Shown here piece by piece: positions 25,417-42,065 of a DNA stretch of 64,000 nucleotides. The DNA lies in contig CAJFCJ010000019.1 in assembly GCA_904063045.1 (NCBI GenBank), forward strand, positions 1,751,700-1,815,699, in the 5' to 3' direction. A program made the translations under genes and the position numbers. How positions within the stretch are numbered: position 1 is the first letter of the stretch; the number at the start of each line of letters is the position of its first letter. The stretch comes from Dimorphilus gyrociliatus. Its lineage: Eukaryota; Animalia; Annelida. A model generated the notes under the pieces. The model did not search any database. It was not told the DNA's origin and was given only the letters and a program-made list of their open reading frames with translations.

Positions 25417-28400
25417 CTACCTTGATTTTCTAGTTAATAAGGTTTCCTTATAACTTGAAATCATTTGCAGTATTTCGTCCTTTTCTGTTGTGATAATTAG
25501 TATTAATTTCGTTTTGCTACCAACTGTGACTGAGAAGGTGATTTCATCTTTTTCTGTTGAATTTATTGCCAGGATAAATTTATACGGATAGGTAGCATAG
25601 ATTTTCTATGAAAAGACGTTACAATCGTGTAATGTATTTAAGATCTAAAGGATGTAAGAATAATTAATTCTTCTGTAATACCTGACCCTCTTGCTCCATT
25701 AAATGGACACCTATCTGGCCAACTCCAAACCAGAGTTTCTTTGGAATATCTTCTAAAGTTGTTTGCTAAGGAAAAACGAGAAAATAGAATAAAGTGGGAA
25801 ACGAATCGCTTTTATGCATGTTTAATTACCTTTACTCCGAATAATTTCGCTCCGTATAGCGGCCAGTCTTGTAAAACTCTTAGAAATGCTTCGTTCGCTT
25901 GTTGTGGTCCTAAACCAACAAGTTCCATATGCAATTTAGCAATATCCTGAGCATCTATTAAATCTCTGATGGGTCGAGGAAGAATACGAGTAACGGAATT
26001 ATAAGAACCGGTTGAGAAATGTTGATAATCGCCGCATTCCGTTTGGGCTCGTAGCGCGCAGAGTCTTATCTGATTGATTTAGTTAAAAGGTTATGTTTTT
26101 CTCCCCGACAATTCTAATCTCTTACCGCATCTTCCTGGGTTAATGGAATTTTTTTTTCAAAAACGTCAGTAACCGATTGATGGTATAACATGTCTATTTC
26201 GACTGGGTCGTCCAAATTAGCATAAGGTTCAATAAAAATACGCTTCTGCGATATAAAGATAAGAGTATTAGAAAGATTTTATATATTTACACAAGTTACT
26301 CCCGGTTTATTTACATAAATGCTATATACCTTCAAAGATAATCTGACGCTAGATGATCGTATAGTTTTCATCCAACCTTCAAATTCGCACATCATATCGG
26401 CCATTATTTCGCTGGGCAATAAGTATTTTTCCTCTCTTGAACCATTACTCTCTATGCTGGCATATAGACCAAGCCCTTCAGCATCCGGTCTCATTCCAGT
26501 CCGACTAGTTATCTTTCTTATTAGTTGATCAACTGTTTCATCGGAAAAGAAGCCGAACACCAACTGATGACCATCTTGTAAGAAGACCCGAAGTTCCATC
26601 TGTTTTCTACTAGCTATTGCCTTTAATTCAGCTTTAGACGGCACATTTTTCCGTAACCTATAACTGTGTTTTGTTCTACTTAAGCAAATGCTGGCGAAAG
26701 AAGCAAAACGACCTTCTTCCAAATGCTTATGAATAGAGCATCTTTGCAGGTGTAAACGTAAATATTCTTCAATTAAATCGTTTGCAGGTGTTCTAACACA
26801 TATTAATGCTATAAGACAATGCCAAAATTTGGACAAAACTTTAGAGAAACTCTCTGGATTGTTTGTCATTGTTTGTTTGATTAATTGCAGGTATAATTCA
26901 TTGCATAAATGATGATTCTGCATTATTTCGCTAAGAATTTTTTGTACAAGAGAAAAAGGTTCGTTATCCTCTAAAGCGGCTGTATATAAAGGAAAAAAGA
27001 AAAATAGAAGGTGGGATAAAAGGAGATAGATAAATAGAGAGAAGGAGAGAGGGAGGGAGAGAGAAAGAGAGAGAGAGAGAGGGAAAGTGAAGAAAGAGCA
27101 AGAGAAGGGAGGGAGAAAAAAGATAGATAGAAAGTTAAAAATATACATAAATGAATATCAAATAAAGACTTACAGGCAGATTCTATCCCAGAGTACATTA
27201 GCAGCCATGTAAAAATTTGAAGTGCTTCCTCCTCCAAATCACCGTCCAATTTGGTTATGCTTTGACGTAATGGATTTTTAGTAAATGTCCAACAATCTCG
27301 TTTTGTAGGTAATATATCATTCTGGTTCGAATCGGAATTTCTAACAGGTGATTCATCTTTCTTAGGTGAATCTTGCATTGTTGGTAATTTTTCAGATGAT
27401 CTCCTACTCAATCTTCGTATTGCGCTTCTAAAAAAACCGATTCCACTCTCCCTAACTAATCTAGCCGTACCAGTTTGTACTAATTTCTTTCTACAGAGAT
27501 CTGTCTCTTCATTTAATTTTAACCAATCATATTCTGATTTATTATCCTGGAAGCTTTTCTCCCATACAATGAGATTAGGCAAAAATGTATCAATTAATTG
27601 ACAAACACCTTTTAATTCATTTAATTCGAAAACAAAACACTTCTGTTTACCAGCCACGCAATTCTTTAGTAGGAACGTTATAGTTCTATTATCTGTATCA
27701 CCTATGACGCTTTCCAATTCCATATAAGCGATATCTTGGAACATTTCAGTTTGTTGGAGAGATATAAATTTAATTCCATCTTTATTAACTGCTATCAGTA
27801 TCTCTAATCCCAGTATCCAATAACCTTTATAATAAGCTAGAAAGTGATTAGAGCCAAATAGAGGAAATTGACTTGCTAGGCTTAAGTAACGTATTTGCGC
27901 CTCGTGTTTTTTCTTTCCATTGCCGAATTTCTGTAATCGTTTAGAATTTATTGAAGCACAAGTTAGGAGTAAACAAATCGAACGCTAACGAACCTTATGA
28001 GCAAGAGAAATTTCCAAAGGCCAATTCCTAGCCTCCGAATCTAAAACTCTTTTACAGAGGAAAGAATCAACTTCCGTATATCTAAATATATTCTCTTCTT
28101 CGTAGTCCCCGTGCAAAACCTGAGCATGAAGTCCTGCTAATTGGATACATGTGGACGATGGTAATTGATATTCGTCATCCTAAAAGCATATATATATATG
28201 TGCACAATGAAATATATTCATCATTAATTATCCCATATTTAACATGTTTTTTACATCTACTTACATCAACCGTGTGATAAACAGCTTGAGAATATAGAAA
28301 ATGTAATTCTACTGGATCACAGTCAATGTCCGGAATTGTAGTTATTATCCTCTTTGCAAATATTAATCGATGAGAGGCGTTTGTTAAAGATAACTGATAA

Positions 28401-28823
28401 ACTGGCGATGCAGTTTTAGAACTTGCAGCACTGCCTCTAAGATAAGAGAATGATAATTTTAGTATATTAAAAATGTTTTTCTCTCCTTTTCCAATTAATT
28501 TTTATCTTTAACAAAAGAAAAATCATGACTAAATAGAAAATATGAAAAGTTACTGTTGTTGCCAAGCTCCAACAATTTCGGTGATGAATTCATCGTCCTG
28601 TAGATGGCGCTGATGATGATCGATTACTTTTTCCTGTAAGTAATAAATATACACATTTATATATATATATATATACTAATATAAATCTTTATACATATTA
28701 TATACATTTGTATATACACGGTTTATAAATGAGTATCTATAGGAGAAGAGCTTTGTAGAATAGTATATATGTATATTGTATATTTATATAAGTATATATA
28801 TGTAAGGTGTATGCCTGAAGTAT

Positions 28824-28859
<36 letters not shown>

Positions 28860-30732
28860 TACTTCCGTTGCAGCCTATATAATATATGCCTATACATATA
28901 TATATATTTAACGGTAACCTTCATGTAGTTTATATGTATGCTTATAATACAGATATACTCTCTTCGTCTCTATATTATTCATGCTTAGAGTTTTATACAG
29001 CGTGCATAACCTATAAAAGTGGATATAAATTTACATACTAAATATAGTATACGCACTATACATAGATAAATATATATATATTACATCATTCTTACTCGTT
29101 TATACAGTATAGTCTATATCTAATGATTATTTATTCATCATCTAACCTCGTACAACGCCCAGCCTTCTAGAGACTTGAGATTAATCTGTAATTAGACAAA
29201 CTTTACAAACCGCTTTCCTTGCAAAGTTATAATAACAAAACAAACCTTTTCGCGGATTTTTTTAATAGTATTTAGAACCGTATCGGTATAATCTAAAGCC
29301 AAAGCTTTCGTCTTTCCATCGTAAAAATGAACTTTAAGTAGGAGAGGTTGCAAATTTCTAATTGACTATAAAAAATAAGCGGTTATTCAATGATTTATAC
29401 CTTTCGGAACAAACGAAACAAAAAGTTTCAATTCAGACTAATTAATTATTCATTTAATTATCAATTAAATATAGATTTACCTCTACTTCAAGAGTTGACG
29501 GACCTATTGTCCTTTTCGGTCTAATTCTTTCTTTCCCCAAACATCTTTTTATTATTTTTGCGTACTCTCCAATCTTTCCAGGAGCTTTGCAGGCGGCTGA
29601 TACGTAGTTTTTAAGATACTATAAAAAAGAAAGGAAAAAAAAAGTACGATAGCTAAACAAGAGGTAGAGGAGTGGCGGTAGTGGCAGGGATCAGTGGATT
29701 TTAGAGAACCAGAGATGATAAAATTGACTAAACTACTCACCTCTAATAAGGTAGCGCTAGGCCTAAGGACAGATGACGTTATAGCGAATATATCCCACGT
29801 TTTGATTAGGTAGTCATCAATGGGACAGCCATTGGTTTGTCTAGCTAATTGGCAGAATATTTCATCCGTTAATTCATCGTACTTGAAGCATTGTTCAAAA
29901 ATTGAGCGCAGAATGTAATCCTCTTGGTCCGGTCTCGTTTCCCCTCTCACAATTTTGCAGATATCCTATATAGTTATTAGCATTAATACAGCTATTATCA
30001 TAACGATGACCACTATGGTGATGATGGTAATGATTATTACTATTGTTATTATTATTATTATTGTTGTTGTTATTATTATTATTATTATTTCAACGGTAAG
30101 ATCAATGACGTTGCTAATGGAATATATTCGTGTATAATTTATCTACCTTAAACGCCGAGCAAGCTAGATTAATAATTTGTTCGCTCTTAAAGTGGATGAG
30201 AGAAGTACTAATTGTCGCCTGTTTCGTATACCTAACCATATCCCTTATCGCAACGATATCCTGTTAAGACAAAAAGGAAATAAAGTAGAATTTTTATAGA
30301 AATATAAGAGATTACAAGGTTACACAATTGATAAGAATACGAATAATCAGCAGAAATAGAGAGAATTTAAACATAGAATAAAAAAAGAGGGAGAGGGAGG
30401 ATATAAGAATTTCTTTTCTTGTGATGAATAGATGACACCTATTCTATAGATCGTAGGAAAAAAATATTTCTGAAACATGCTAAATCAGCACATAGTGAAA
30501 ACGATCGGATTACGCCTATGGCTGTTGATGACAGGCGTCATATCTACACGTGCACCATATATAATTAGACGTTTATGCTTACGCTTGTTGACTTTCTTCT
30601 TACGGCACTAACTGTCTTCGTTATGGGAGACGAAGAATTTGCTACATGAACGTTAAAAAAACGCTCTGCAAAATCGAGAAAAGTTTTATTGGCTTTCTGA
30701 GACGATGGAACATGGAGGAACGTTGCAGTCAT
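25417..30732 (-). CDS. MyTH4-FERM-MyTH4-FERM protein (unconventional myosin tail-like, no motor seen)
   Basis: MyTH4 motifs LTDEIFCQLARQT and LCNELYLQLIKQT, WTFTKNPLRQSI; FERM motifs IQLAGLHAQVLHGD, QFPLFGS, LRVLQDWPLYGAKLF. Confidence 0.8.
27021..27130. repeat. Intronic GA-rich simple repeat
   Basis: Imperfect (GA)n/(GGGA)n tract. Confidence 0.85.
28828..28857. repeat. (AT)n microsatellite in a low-complexity intron
   Basis: About 15 AT units read directly. Confidence 0.9.
30037..30088. repeat. (ATT/GTT)n trinucleotide repeat
   Basis: Imperfect intronic triplet run. Confidence 0.85.
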
Positions 30733-30777
30733 TTTTTTCCTATCCAAATATTATATTCCTTATTAAGTTAATATACT

Positions 30778-30863
30778 ATTTCTTCTTCTTCTTCTGCTTC
30801 TTCTTCCCTTCTTCCTCTCCTTCTTCTTCTCCTCCTCTTCTTCTGTTTCCTCTTCCTCTTCTT
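30778..30863. repeat. (CTT/CCT)n pyrimidine-rich repeat
   Basis: Imperfect triplet run upstream of the first MyTH4 coding exon. Confidence 0.8.
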
Positions 30864-31191
30864 TACATTAACACTTCAAAACCTACAATCTTTTCTTTCT
30901 GCAAAAAGAATAAGAGAGAATATTTTTTCCTTTATTAATTGTTTTCCAGTTTATACATAGTTCATTATCGAAAATGTACAAAGCGTAATCTATAGGAGAC
31001 TGCAGCTGTCTGTGGACGATTTAATTAGCGTGATAAAAAGCATATGCATTTCATATTTGAGCAGCCGTAATAATTCGCACGTCTATGAAGTATATTCAGG
31101 ATGCGCATACTTTATGAAAGTAATGTGGAATAAACGTAAATAAATACATAGTGAATACTCAATGCATTCTTGTAGATTTTCGTTTCTTGTG

Positions 31192-31194
<3 letters not shown>

Positions 31195-31225
<31 letters not shown>
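31195..31225. repeat. (AT)n microsatellite
   Basis: About 15 AT units read directly. Confidence 0.9.
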
Positions 31226-31231
<6 letters not shown>

Positions 31232-31806
31232 TTATATTTATAACTTTATAACATACATACAAATGTACAATCAGGTACAAACATGGTACTGTAAATGTAC
31301 TTAATCAACTTGTTATGAATAAAAATGAAAGAAAAAAAACTTCGTAAAAATTTTGTCATGACAAAAAGAAAATTAGAAAAAAACGATCACCTTAAACGAT
31401 CAGCTTGTCGAACGCTTGATTAATTAATAACGATCGTTTTACAGTATTTAAGAGAAATTAATCGAATTTTTTTTTCTTTATACTTTTTCCAGTATTATTT
31501 AAGTATTTTGTCAATTTGTAATTAATAGTTGTAGTAGCACTTACAAGAAAACAAATCAGTTGCCGACGGCTTCGTACTCACCGTTATCTTTTCACCGCCA
31601 CCCGCATCAAATATAACTGCAATTCTGCAAAAACCGTAAACCGATTTGTTAGGCCTAAGACATCTTTGAGTTTGCAGCTACATCTATCGGTCGATTCTTC
31701 CTTTTTGTCTTGACCTTGACCCTGTACAACGTGCTACGAAAGTTTTCATTTTTTAACACCATTTCTGTTCTTTTTAATTCCAAATTTGGAGTTTATTAAG
31801 TAGAAA

Positions 31807-35070
<3,264 letters not shown>

Positions 35071-35125
35071 CATTTGTGCTTTTAGTTTTATATATACATA
35101 CATATACATATATATATTATATTAG

Positions 35126-35150
35126 TATATATATATATATATATATATAT
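35126..35150. repeat. (AT)n between the convergent RIOX1 and COP1 ends
   Basis: Read directly. Confidence 0.85.
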
Positions 35151-35227
35151 TCCTCTTAAATTTATTCGCATGCAAAAAGAAAAAAAAAGGGAATGTATAA
35201 AAAAATAACACTTGAATTTCGATTTGC

Positions 35228-37896
35228 CTAATACAGATGGACGTACTGAAATAAAAAAAGTGGTTAACTTAATTATCATATTAGTTATTCATCAACTTAC
35301 TCGGATTAGACCGGCGCTGTTACCGGCCAAAACAAAATTAGAATTCTGTAACGAATTACAAGTGCAAAAGCGCTCTTAGTTAAAGATAGAGTAATAATTC
35401 ACTCACCTCTTGCCAGCATACTGTACTCACAAAACTTGATGCTCCGCTGGAGAACTCGGATCGAACTGATTTATAATCGTCCGCCATTCGTGCATCGAAA
35501 GGATGGTGGCATATCGGAAAATTAAAGTCCTTATGATAAACGTATAGGGAATTATCTTCGCTTCCTTAAGAAATAATGCCAGTTAATTTTTTTTTATATC
35601 TTATTAATTGACATAAATAACTAACCACAAACGAGGTAACGATTTCTTCCAGATAAACCGACGAAATTCTTAAAATTTTTATGTCCTTCCAACGAGCGAT
35701 TACAATTAAACTTTCCTGTATTCTCATCGAGCTTCCAAACTTTGATTTTACCATCTACACTAGCAGATGCAAATTCGTTGGCGTTAATAAATTTGCAATG
35801 ATTAACAGCTTTTTCATGACCGCGTAAAACATGAAGCGGTTTGGATACGTTTCTCATATCATAGTAATATAATTTATGATCCGAACAACCGTACACAAAT
35901 TCATTGCTTTTCTCAGGATTAAATTTCGCAGTACAAACATTATAGTCTGCTTTAATTAAACTAATCTCATTTCTGTCTTTGACACTCCAAAGTCTAACGG
36001 TTGCATCGTCACCCGCCGATATAAATAAGTTAGGCTCACATTTCGAAAATTCAACATCCCAGCATCGTTTTTCATGAGTTTTAAAAAGCCTACAACAAGC
36101 AAATAGTAGCATTTGATAAATAATAAATAAACAGCCTTTACATACATAACAGCTTTTTTCGTAGAAATGTTCCACAAAACTAAGTTTCCTTCATAGTCAG
36201 CAGTTAACAAAGATTTCAAATAGAACCGACTCCAGGATATTGCAGAAATTTTGTGCTTATTTCTCAGGATTAAAGATGGAGAATTCAAATATGGATTTAG
36301 GCGATCGTGAAGAGAATTCTGAACAATATTGGTCATATCAAAAATTTTGACCAAACGTAAAACCCCAGCTGCAGCACAATACTCTCCGTTTGGGCTAACT
36401 TCAATTGAAGAGACAATGCAAATTGATTTGTTCGTTGGTTTATCAATATAGGATAATGTGCCGACGGTTCGAGATTTGGACACTTGGGTAATATCATATA
36501 TTTTTTGGTTAAATTCTTCTATTCCCTTAGGATCTCGCGCTGTTTCTTTAAATTCCTTTTCAATCTCATTCAAGTAAGGATTTAATCTTTTTAATTGCTC
36601 ATCAGCTGTCTATAATCAGAAATGGTTAAATTGAACGCTGAAAATGTATCATTTCAGTCTTACCATATCATCTGTATCTTCAACTGGTCCCATATTTAAA
36701 ATAGGTAGATTTTGCGAATTTAACTCTACAGGACTGTTTAACATGTCATCCAAATCAACCATCATAGGAACTTCATTCTTTAAAATAATTATATTGTTAA
36801 ACAAAAATATTAGTTAATGCGTTAACATTATCCAACTACTTTAAAAAAAAAACCTACAGATTCATTAAAAATTGAATTATTCTTTTTCTCACAATTCAAT
36901 TCACTTTCTTTCTGTATAGAGGAAATTTATAATACAAATATTCTATAAGTTGATACACAAGTTCATACAGTTTGGTTAAGATGATCTTGAAACAGCTGAA
37001 TATCCGAATAATAGTTAGTGCATGTTAATTTAGCTTCCTGTTTATTAACAAAAGGATAAAATTCAACATATTGCCAGCACAAAATGAAATCAATACTCAC
37101 CTTATATTTTTTCATTAGAAAAGTTTTGACAAGGTTTTTTACCATTGTATCACTTGTTTTTTTAATAACACTTAAGGTATGATTTCGTTTTTCTACAATT
37201 AACTGCCTAAGCCTATCTTTATCTCTTTCGTTGTTCATATCCAACTTTTGAACGAATTTATGAAATGAACAGAAAGGACTTCCTGTGTTTAGTGATCTAT
37301 GTTTGATACAATCTTGACACTGAAACCATAAGAAAAAACTTTAAACTTGAGTTTTTGCTCTAACTTAATTTCAACTAACGTGCTTGGAAGACAAGGTAAA
37401 ATTTCCCTCAACCATAGTTTGATTTATCATTTCAATAATTTGTCGAACTAAACAAATTAAAGACATATCAGAAAATTAACAATTTGTATTAGATTTCAAC
37501 ATTACTGGAATGATTTGGAAATATTCCATCAGCACCTTCGCTAATTATCATCTTACATATTGGACACTCTCTACTATCATGAAGGTGTTTTATAATACAT
37601 TTCTTACTATATAAGAGTAAATAAAGGTATTAGGATCATATCATAAAGCTAGCATATTTCATGTTACCAAAAAGTATGGCCACATACAATACTATGAGGA
37701 TCTTTCATTCTTTTTCGACACAAGATGCTGAAAAAATTCGACATCAATTAACAATAAAATCATTCAAAATAAACCAAACAAACCATAGACAAGGATCACT
37801 CGGAATGTCAAAAGTTTGCTTCCTTTTACTTCTTTCAGGTGAATCTGAATGTTTCCTTTTCTTACGAAATAAAGAGCCATTTGACAAGTCATTCAT
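35228..37896 (-). CDS. COP1: COP1/RFWD2-like E3 ligase (RING, coiled coil, WD40)
   Basis: Spliced RING CILC...CGHTFCKKC...CPIC; IVSSIE, KISAISW, DYEG, HEKRCW, GHEKAV, KNFVGL, GSEDNSLYVY; last exon inferred. Confidence 0.85.
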
Positions 37897-38561
37897 AACT
37901 GTATTTGTTCTAATCAGTTTAGTAACGATAATAAAGGAACAAACGATGTACGTCTCGGCTGAAGGCTAATGGATTATTACTTAGCGGTTCCTTTGAACTA
38001 ATCTAATGATTTATGATTTTTCTGTCAAATGAAAAGTTGAGCTAAGAAAATGCCATTCCTAAAACTTTGTATCAGTTAAAGAAGAAAATGATTCCTTCTT
38101 TGGTTGAGTGTGCCTCGACGTGGGACTGTCTAAACTTTAGATGGACAGAGTTTCACAAAAACAATCCAATATTGGTAAAACTTGAAAACTTAGAGATTCT
38201 GTATTACTACCTCTTATAAGTATTTTAACTTTAAAAATCCATTGTAAACAAAATTACCAAATAATTAGCTCCAAATTTGAATATATATTATTTCAACTGC
38301 AGTCATACGAAATAAAAAATGATGTAATTAATTTTTAAACTACCTTCAATATTTAATTAGTTGTCCAGGCATCAATTTTTAAAACATATTAAAACTGTGG
38401 GATGTAAAACAACAAAAAACTCTATTCTAAGGTAAATACTTAAGTTCAGAGAGAGTTCGCCATTTAGTAGTACCCAGATTGGTGATTTGCGGTGTTTTCG
38501 TATTTTTCGCGTAGATCTTATAGTTCGTCTGGATACCAAATACCAATCTTAATTTCTGAAG

Positions 38562-40821
38562 ATGAATTTGGGCTTACTAGGTAAAAGCTTATGTAAAATT
38601 TATTACAGAACTATATAAGAAATCCTAGTCTAAAGTAGCAACGAAAATAATTAAATAGTCTATTTGATTTTGCTTTATTATGAAACAATACACTTGTTTA
38701 TATACAGATTCCTTCGGTCAGTCGTATCCAGAGGTATAATTAAACCAAATATCATTTTCATAGATTTAGAGTTGCCAGCTAACAATGCAATTTTTGTAGG
38801 ATTTGGAACATCGTTTAGAATGTACGAGTCTTCCGTTAACTTGCACTTTCAACAAGAGGGGAACCCTTTTTGCTGTAGGTTGCAATGATGGTAGAATAGT
38901 TATATGGGATTTTTTAACCAAAGGTGTGGCAAAAACCATTACTGCTCATACAAGACCTGTTTGTTCTATTTCGTAAGTTTTAAAATTGATAGAAGTGAAT
39001 AATTCAAACATGCGCTCTGATTACAGTTGGTCAAGAGATGGACAATTAATAATAACAGCTTCTATTGACAATAGTGTTTGTGTTTTTGATGTCTTAACTG
39101 GTGACATGCTACAGAGCTATAGGTTTCCATCTCCAATTCTGAAAGTTCAGTTTAATTCGAGAAACAGGTAAATAAAAAATTACAAGTCTAATATTTTTTA
39201 TATTTGTTTTAAATTTTCAGAAACAGAGCTCTGCTTACACTTTTGAAACACGCAGCAATAGTTCTCAAATTAGATGAAGAAAAGTCTTTCGACGCAGTTC
39301 CACTTAGTAGTGATGTTAGTAGCTATTAAATAAAACTTTTTCCATTGTCTAATTGTGTCATTAATATTTCAGAATGATCTAAATATAGTTGCTTCTTTTG
39401 ATCGTAAAGGGCAACATATCTATACAGGGAACTCAAAAGGAAAAGTTATGGTTTTTAAGACTGATAATCTAAGTTTGGTTGCATCGTTCAAAGTGTCTAC
39501 AGGATCTACCAGTGCAATAGCAATAAGATCCATTGAATTCTCAAGGAGAGGAACGTATGTTGAAACATATTTTCAATTAACAAACATAAAATTCAGAGTA
39601 ATTACAATTACTGATTTTGCACTAGTTGCTTCCTTTTGAACTGTTCCGACCGTATAATAAGAGTATACGAAGCTGGCGAAATAATGGCCTGTGGTAAGGA
39701 TGGTGAGCCTGAACCTATTCAGAAACTTCAAGATCTTGTCAACAAGTAAGCATTTGGTTATTTCGTTTAACCTTTTATTTTATATCAATATTCTTTAAAA
39801 TCTTAAGAACAATGTGGAAGAAATGCTGTTTTTCTGGAGATGGTGAATTTATTGCTGCAGGTTCAGCTAGACAGCATGCTTTATATATTTGGGAAAAATC
39901 AGTTGGAAATTTAGTCAAAATTCTTCAAGGAATGAAGGGAGATGTTATGCTTGACTTCGTCGTATGTTTTATTTTTCTATCAGAAATATTATAAAAACAT
40001 TCTCATTTTTATGTTTTTATTATTCAGTGGCATCCAGTTAGACCTGTTTTGTGTTCGATAGCTAATGGTATTGTCTCTATTTGGTCTCAAAATCAGGTTG
40101 AAAAATGGAGCGCCTACGCTCCAGACTTTAAAGAACTAGAGGAAAATGTTGAGTACGAAGAGAGAGAATCTGAGTTTGATCTTAGTGATGAAGACAAGGA
40201 AGGAGTTAAACCTAAAAGTAAAATAGTTTATTACCTCTTCCGTTATGGATTATATAATTGATTCATTCTTCTTAGTTGAAAATTACGAGGATGAAAATGT
40301 CGATGTTGTAACAGAAGAACCTATTGAACAATTTTTAAGTAGCGATGAAGAACCGCAGTATGAAGCTGCTGCTCTTCACTTTCTTCCGATTTGTCCTGAT
40401 GTAGACGATCCAGAGGATTGGCCTGAGGGAGGAGAGGTAGATTTACAAAGAAAGCTAAAGATTCGTAAAGTTAATTTTCTTAATTCTCATAGCACTCATC
40501 AACAAAAGAAAATCAAGCTCTCGGGGAAAAACGTCAAATTCTCCCTGAAAAAGAAAATCCGCCTTCAAAAAAGAAAAAGAAAGAAATTAAAAATACTGAT
40601 ATAGATCTTCCTAATGCTCCCATTGATGGTAAATCTAATTCATAAGTTCCGTCTTCAGACATCACTAATTAACTATATTATTTTCTTCAGAATTGCATCC
40701 GATGTTATGTCCAAAAAAGCCAAATGAAAGTGGTAGAGTAGTGCAAAGAAAACCCGCAAAACCTGAAAAAGCTCGAAAGAAAGAAAGAAAAGATAAAAGT
40801 ATTATTCCTCTTTTCTCTTAA
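38562..40821 (+). CDS. RBBP5: Retinoblastoma-binding protein 5 (COMPASS WD40 subunit)
   Basis: [74 protein letters not shown]. Confidence 0.97.
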
Positions 40822-42065
40822 AAATTTTAACGCTAATGCTAAAGTTAAAATTTACAAATTGTGTTGTAGATTCTCTATACTACTACTGAAATAATTAGAA
40901 GATTAGGCATCGTTTATGAAGAATTATCTGTAAATAAGTGTCTTTATTTTAAGAAAAATAAATAATATACCCTATTTTTTTATCTCTTGATACTTCCTGT
41001 ATAGTTTACTTTTTTAATACACAAAGCATCAATACTCCTTTTAGACGTTATGTTATAAATATTTAAATATAAAGTTTTCTGTTACTGTAAGTAGTTAAAA
41101 GAAGAACATGACAGAAATAAGATTACTGGAGAGAAAAACATGTATAGCTGACATACTTATTGAAACTAGACTAAAGAAAAACATAGGAAATCTTCTAGCA
41201 CTAGAAAAAAGAAAGATAAATCATTCACTTTTAACGGGAAATCTAAAAGTTCTAAGAGGGCTATAGCTGACAGAAACGTACAAAATAATTTGAAAAAGCA
41301 ACGTAAATGTGTTAATAATCCTTCTCACTCAACATGTGCTATGATAAATAAAAGAGAGTTGAAAGATACCGTTGGATCTCTATATAATCACTTTGAAAGT
41401 TTACTTAAGCAATACAGGAAAAACACTAGCCAATTGTCCTAAAGAATTGTGTGTAAGTAAGTGCGGTATAATTTTAAATACTTCTAATTTATTCTATAGA
41501 AAAGCTAACTTGAAAAAGACACATAACGTTTAATGAACATGTTTGTTCCAAATAGAAATGGAAAAATATGACAATTAAAGATTTTTACGAAGCTATTAAT
41601 CGCTTTTACTCAAATCTCTCAGTTTCTCTCTCTGTATAAATTATTCTTCTTTGAAAAAATTACGGTGTGTAAGGGAATTCAAAGAGAATAAAATATTAAA
41701 CTTACTATAATATGAAAAAATGGACAAAAACCAGTCAATTTAAACTGGTTATTCATGCCAAAATATTACGGAGCCATATCTCTTTAATTTGGAGGCGGTT
41801 ATTCTTATAATTCATCTGATAGATACCGCATTGTTTGTATATTTTAGCAACTTATAGTCACAAATGTTCGTTTATAATATGTTTTATACCATTTATAAAC
41901 TGTTAGTCCTGTATCAACCGATAAAGAGGAAATTATAAATCTTATAGCTTTTGTTTTTTCCTACTCTATTAGTAAGAGTCGTGTGAATGTCCCTGTTTCA
42001 TAAGAATCTCTAAATGATTGCTACTATATAATATCTTGTAATATATCTAGGTAATTAAATTACAG

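Noticed and set aside
27325-27336. GGTTCGAATC T-loop-like motif (also GTTCAAATC near 63980)
   Set aside because: Inside coding exons, with no cloverleaf or A box
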